The notes under the pieces: generated by a model
The model's input: the letters and a program-made list of their open reading frames with translations, nothing else
The model's database searches: none
Told to the model about the DNA's origin: nothing
Program-made: the position numbers and the translations under genes
Part shown: positions 63,962 through 64,000 of the stretch, piece after piece
Layout: each line of letters begins with the position of its first letter
How positions within the stretch are numbered: position 1 is the first letter of the stretch
Virus record (IMG/VR): IMGVR_UViG_3300049846_001482
Reading direction: 5' to 3' (one strand)
Source: an uncultured virus (IMG/VR IMGVR_UViG_3300049846_001482)
Lineage: Duplodnaviria > Heunggongvirae > Uroviricota > Caudoviricetes
DNA: 64,000 nucleotides

Positions 63962-64000
63962 ATCCTATCCCAAGCAATGCTATCTCTCAAGAACTTGGAT

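Noticed and set aside
1..64000. Stop-codon recoding as an explanation for the many short ORFs
   Set aside because: Known enzymes are full length under code 11, all three stops are used, and the short ORFs change frame at overlaps and restart with tags.
1..64000. tRNA genes, diversity-generating retroelement or transposase
   Set aside because: I recognised no cloverleaf, reverse transcriptase, adenine-variable repeat pair or transposase by eye. A tRNAscan-SE/Infernal run is still advisable.

Overview
This window looks like part of a large (jumbo-type) tailed dsDNA phage genome in the standard genetic code. It is densely packed with short, translationally coupled ORFs. Recognisable genes include a DUF932/TIGR03299 protein, ATP-dependent DNA ligase, RNase H, non-specific endonuclease, ClpP, ClpS, an AAA+ ATPase, PhoH, a metallophosphoesterase, a papain-like protease, a GH64 beta-1,3-glucanase, a PMM-like HAD, a cytidylyltransferase, PspC, MerC, YqhA, a probable histone-fold protein and two beta-propeller proteins with a shared N-terminus. 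The most striking feature is an apparent peptide-tag addressing system on otherwise unrelated small proteins. Thirty minus-strand genes start with MIS[YFH]RQ[AS]DLL (tag A), and four of them repeat [KR]x-A-D-L internally. About 65 genes start with M[NKDR]Rxx[FY][LIAV]x[GN] (tag B). Five adjacent genes end in a [IV]D[DN]F[LI]D-like motif. Tag-A operons sit behind a recurrent non-sigma70 motif (TATA-N5-[GC]TA[AGT]TA), whereas tag-B blocks mostly follow sigma70-like promoters, and the two block types meet head-on. The 1.8-6.1 kb region carries a strong local excess of AGGCCT and a repeated 16-bp palindrome, suggesting an origin or packaging/terminus region. All functional interpretations of the tags are inference, and counts were made by hand.
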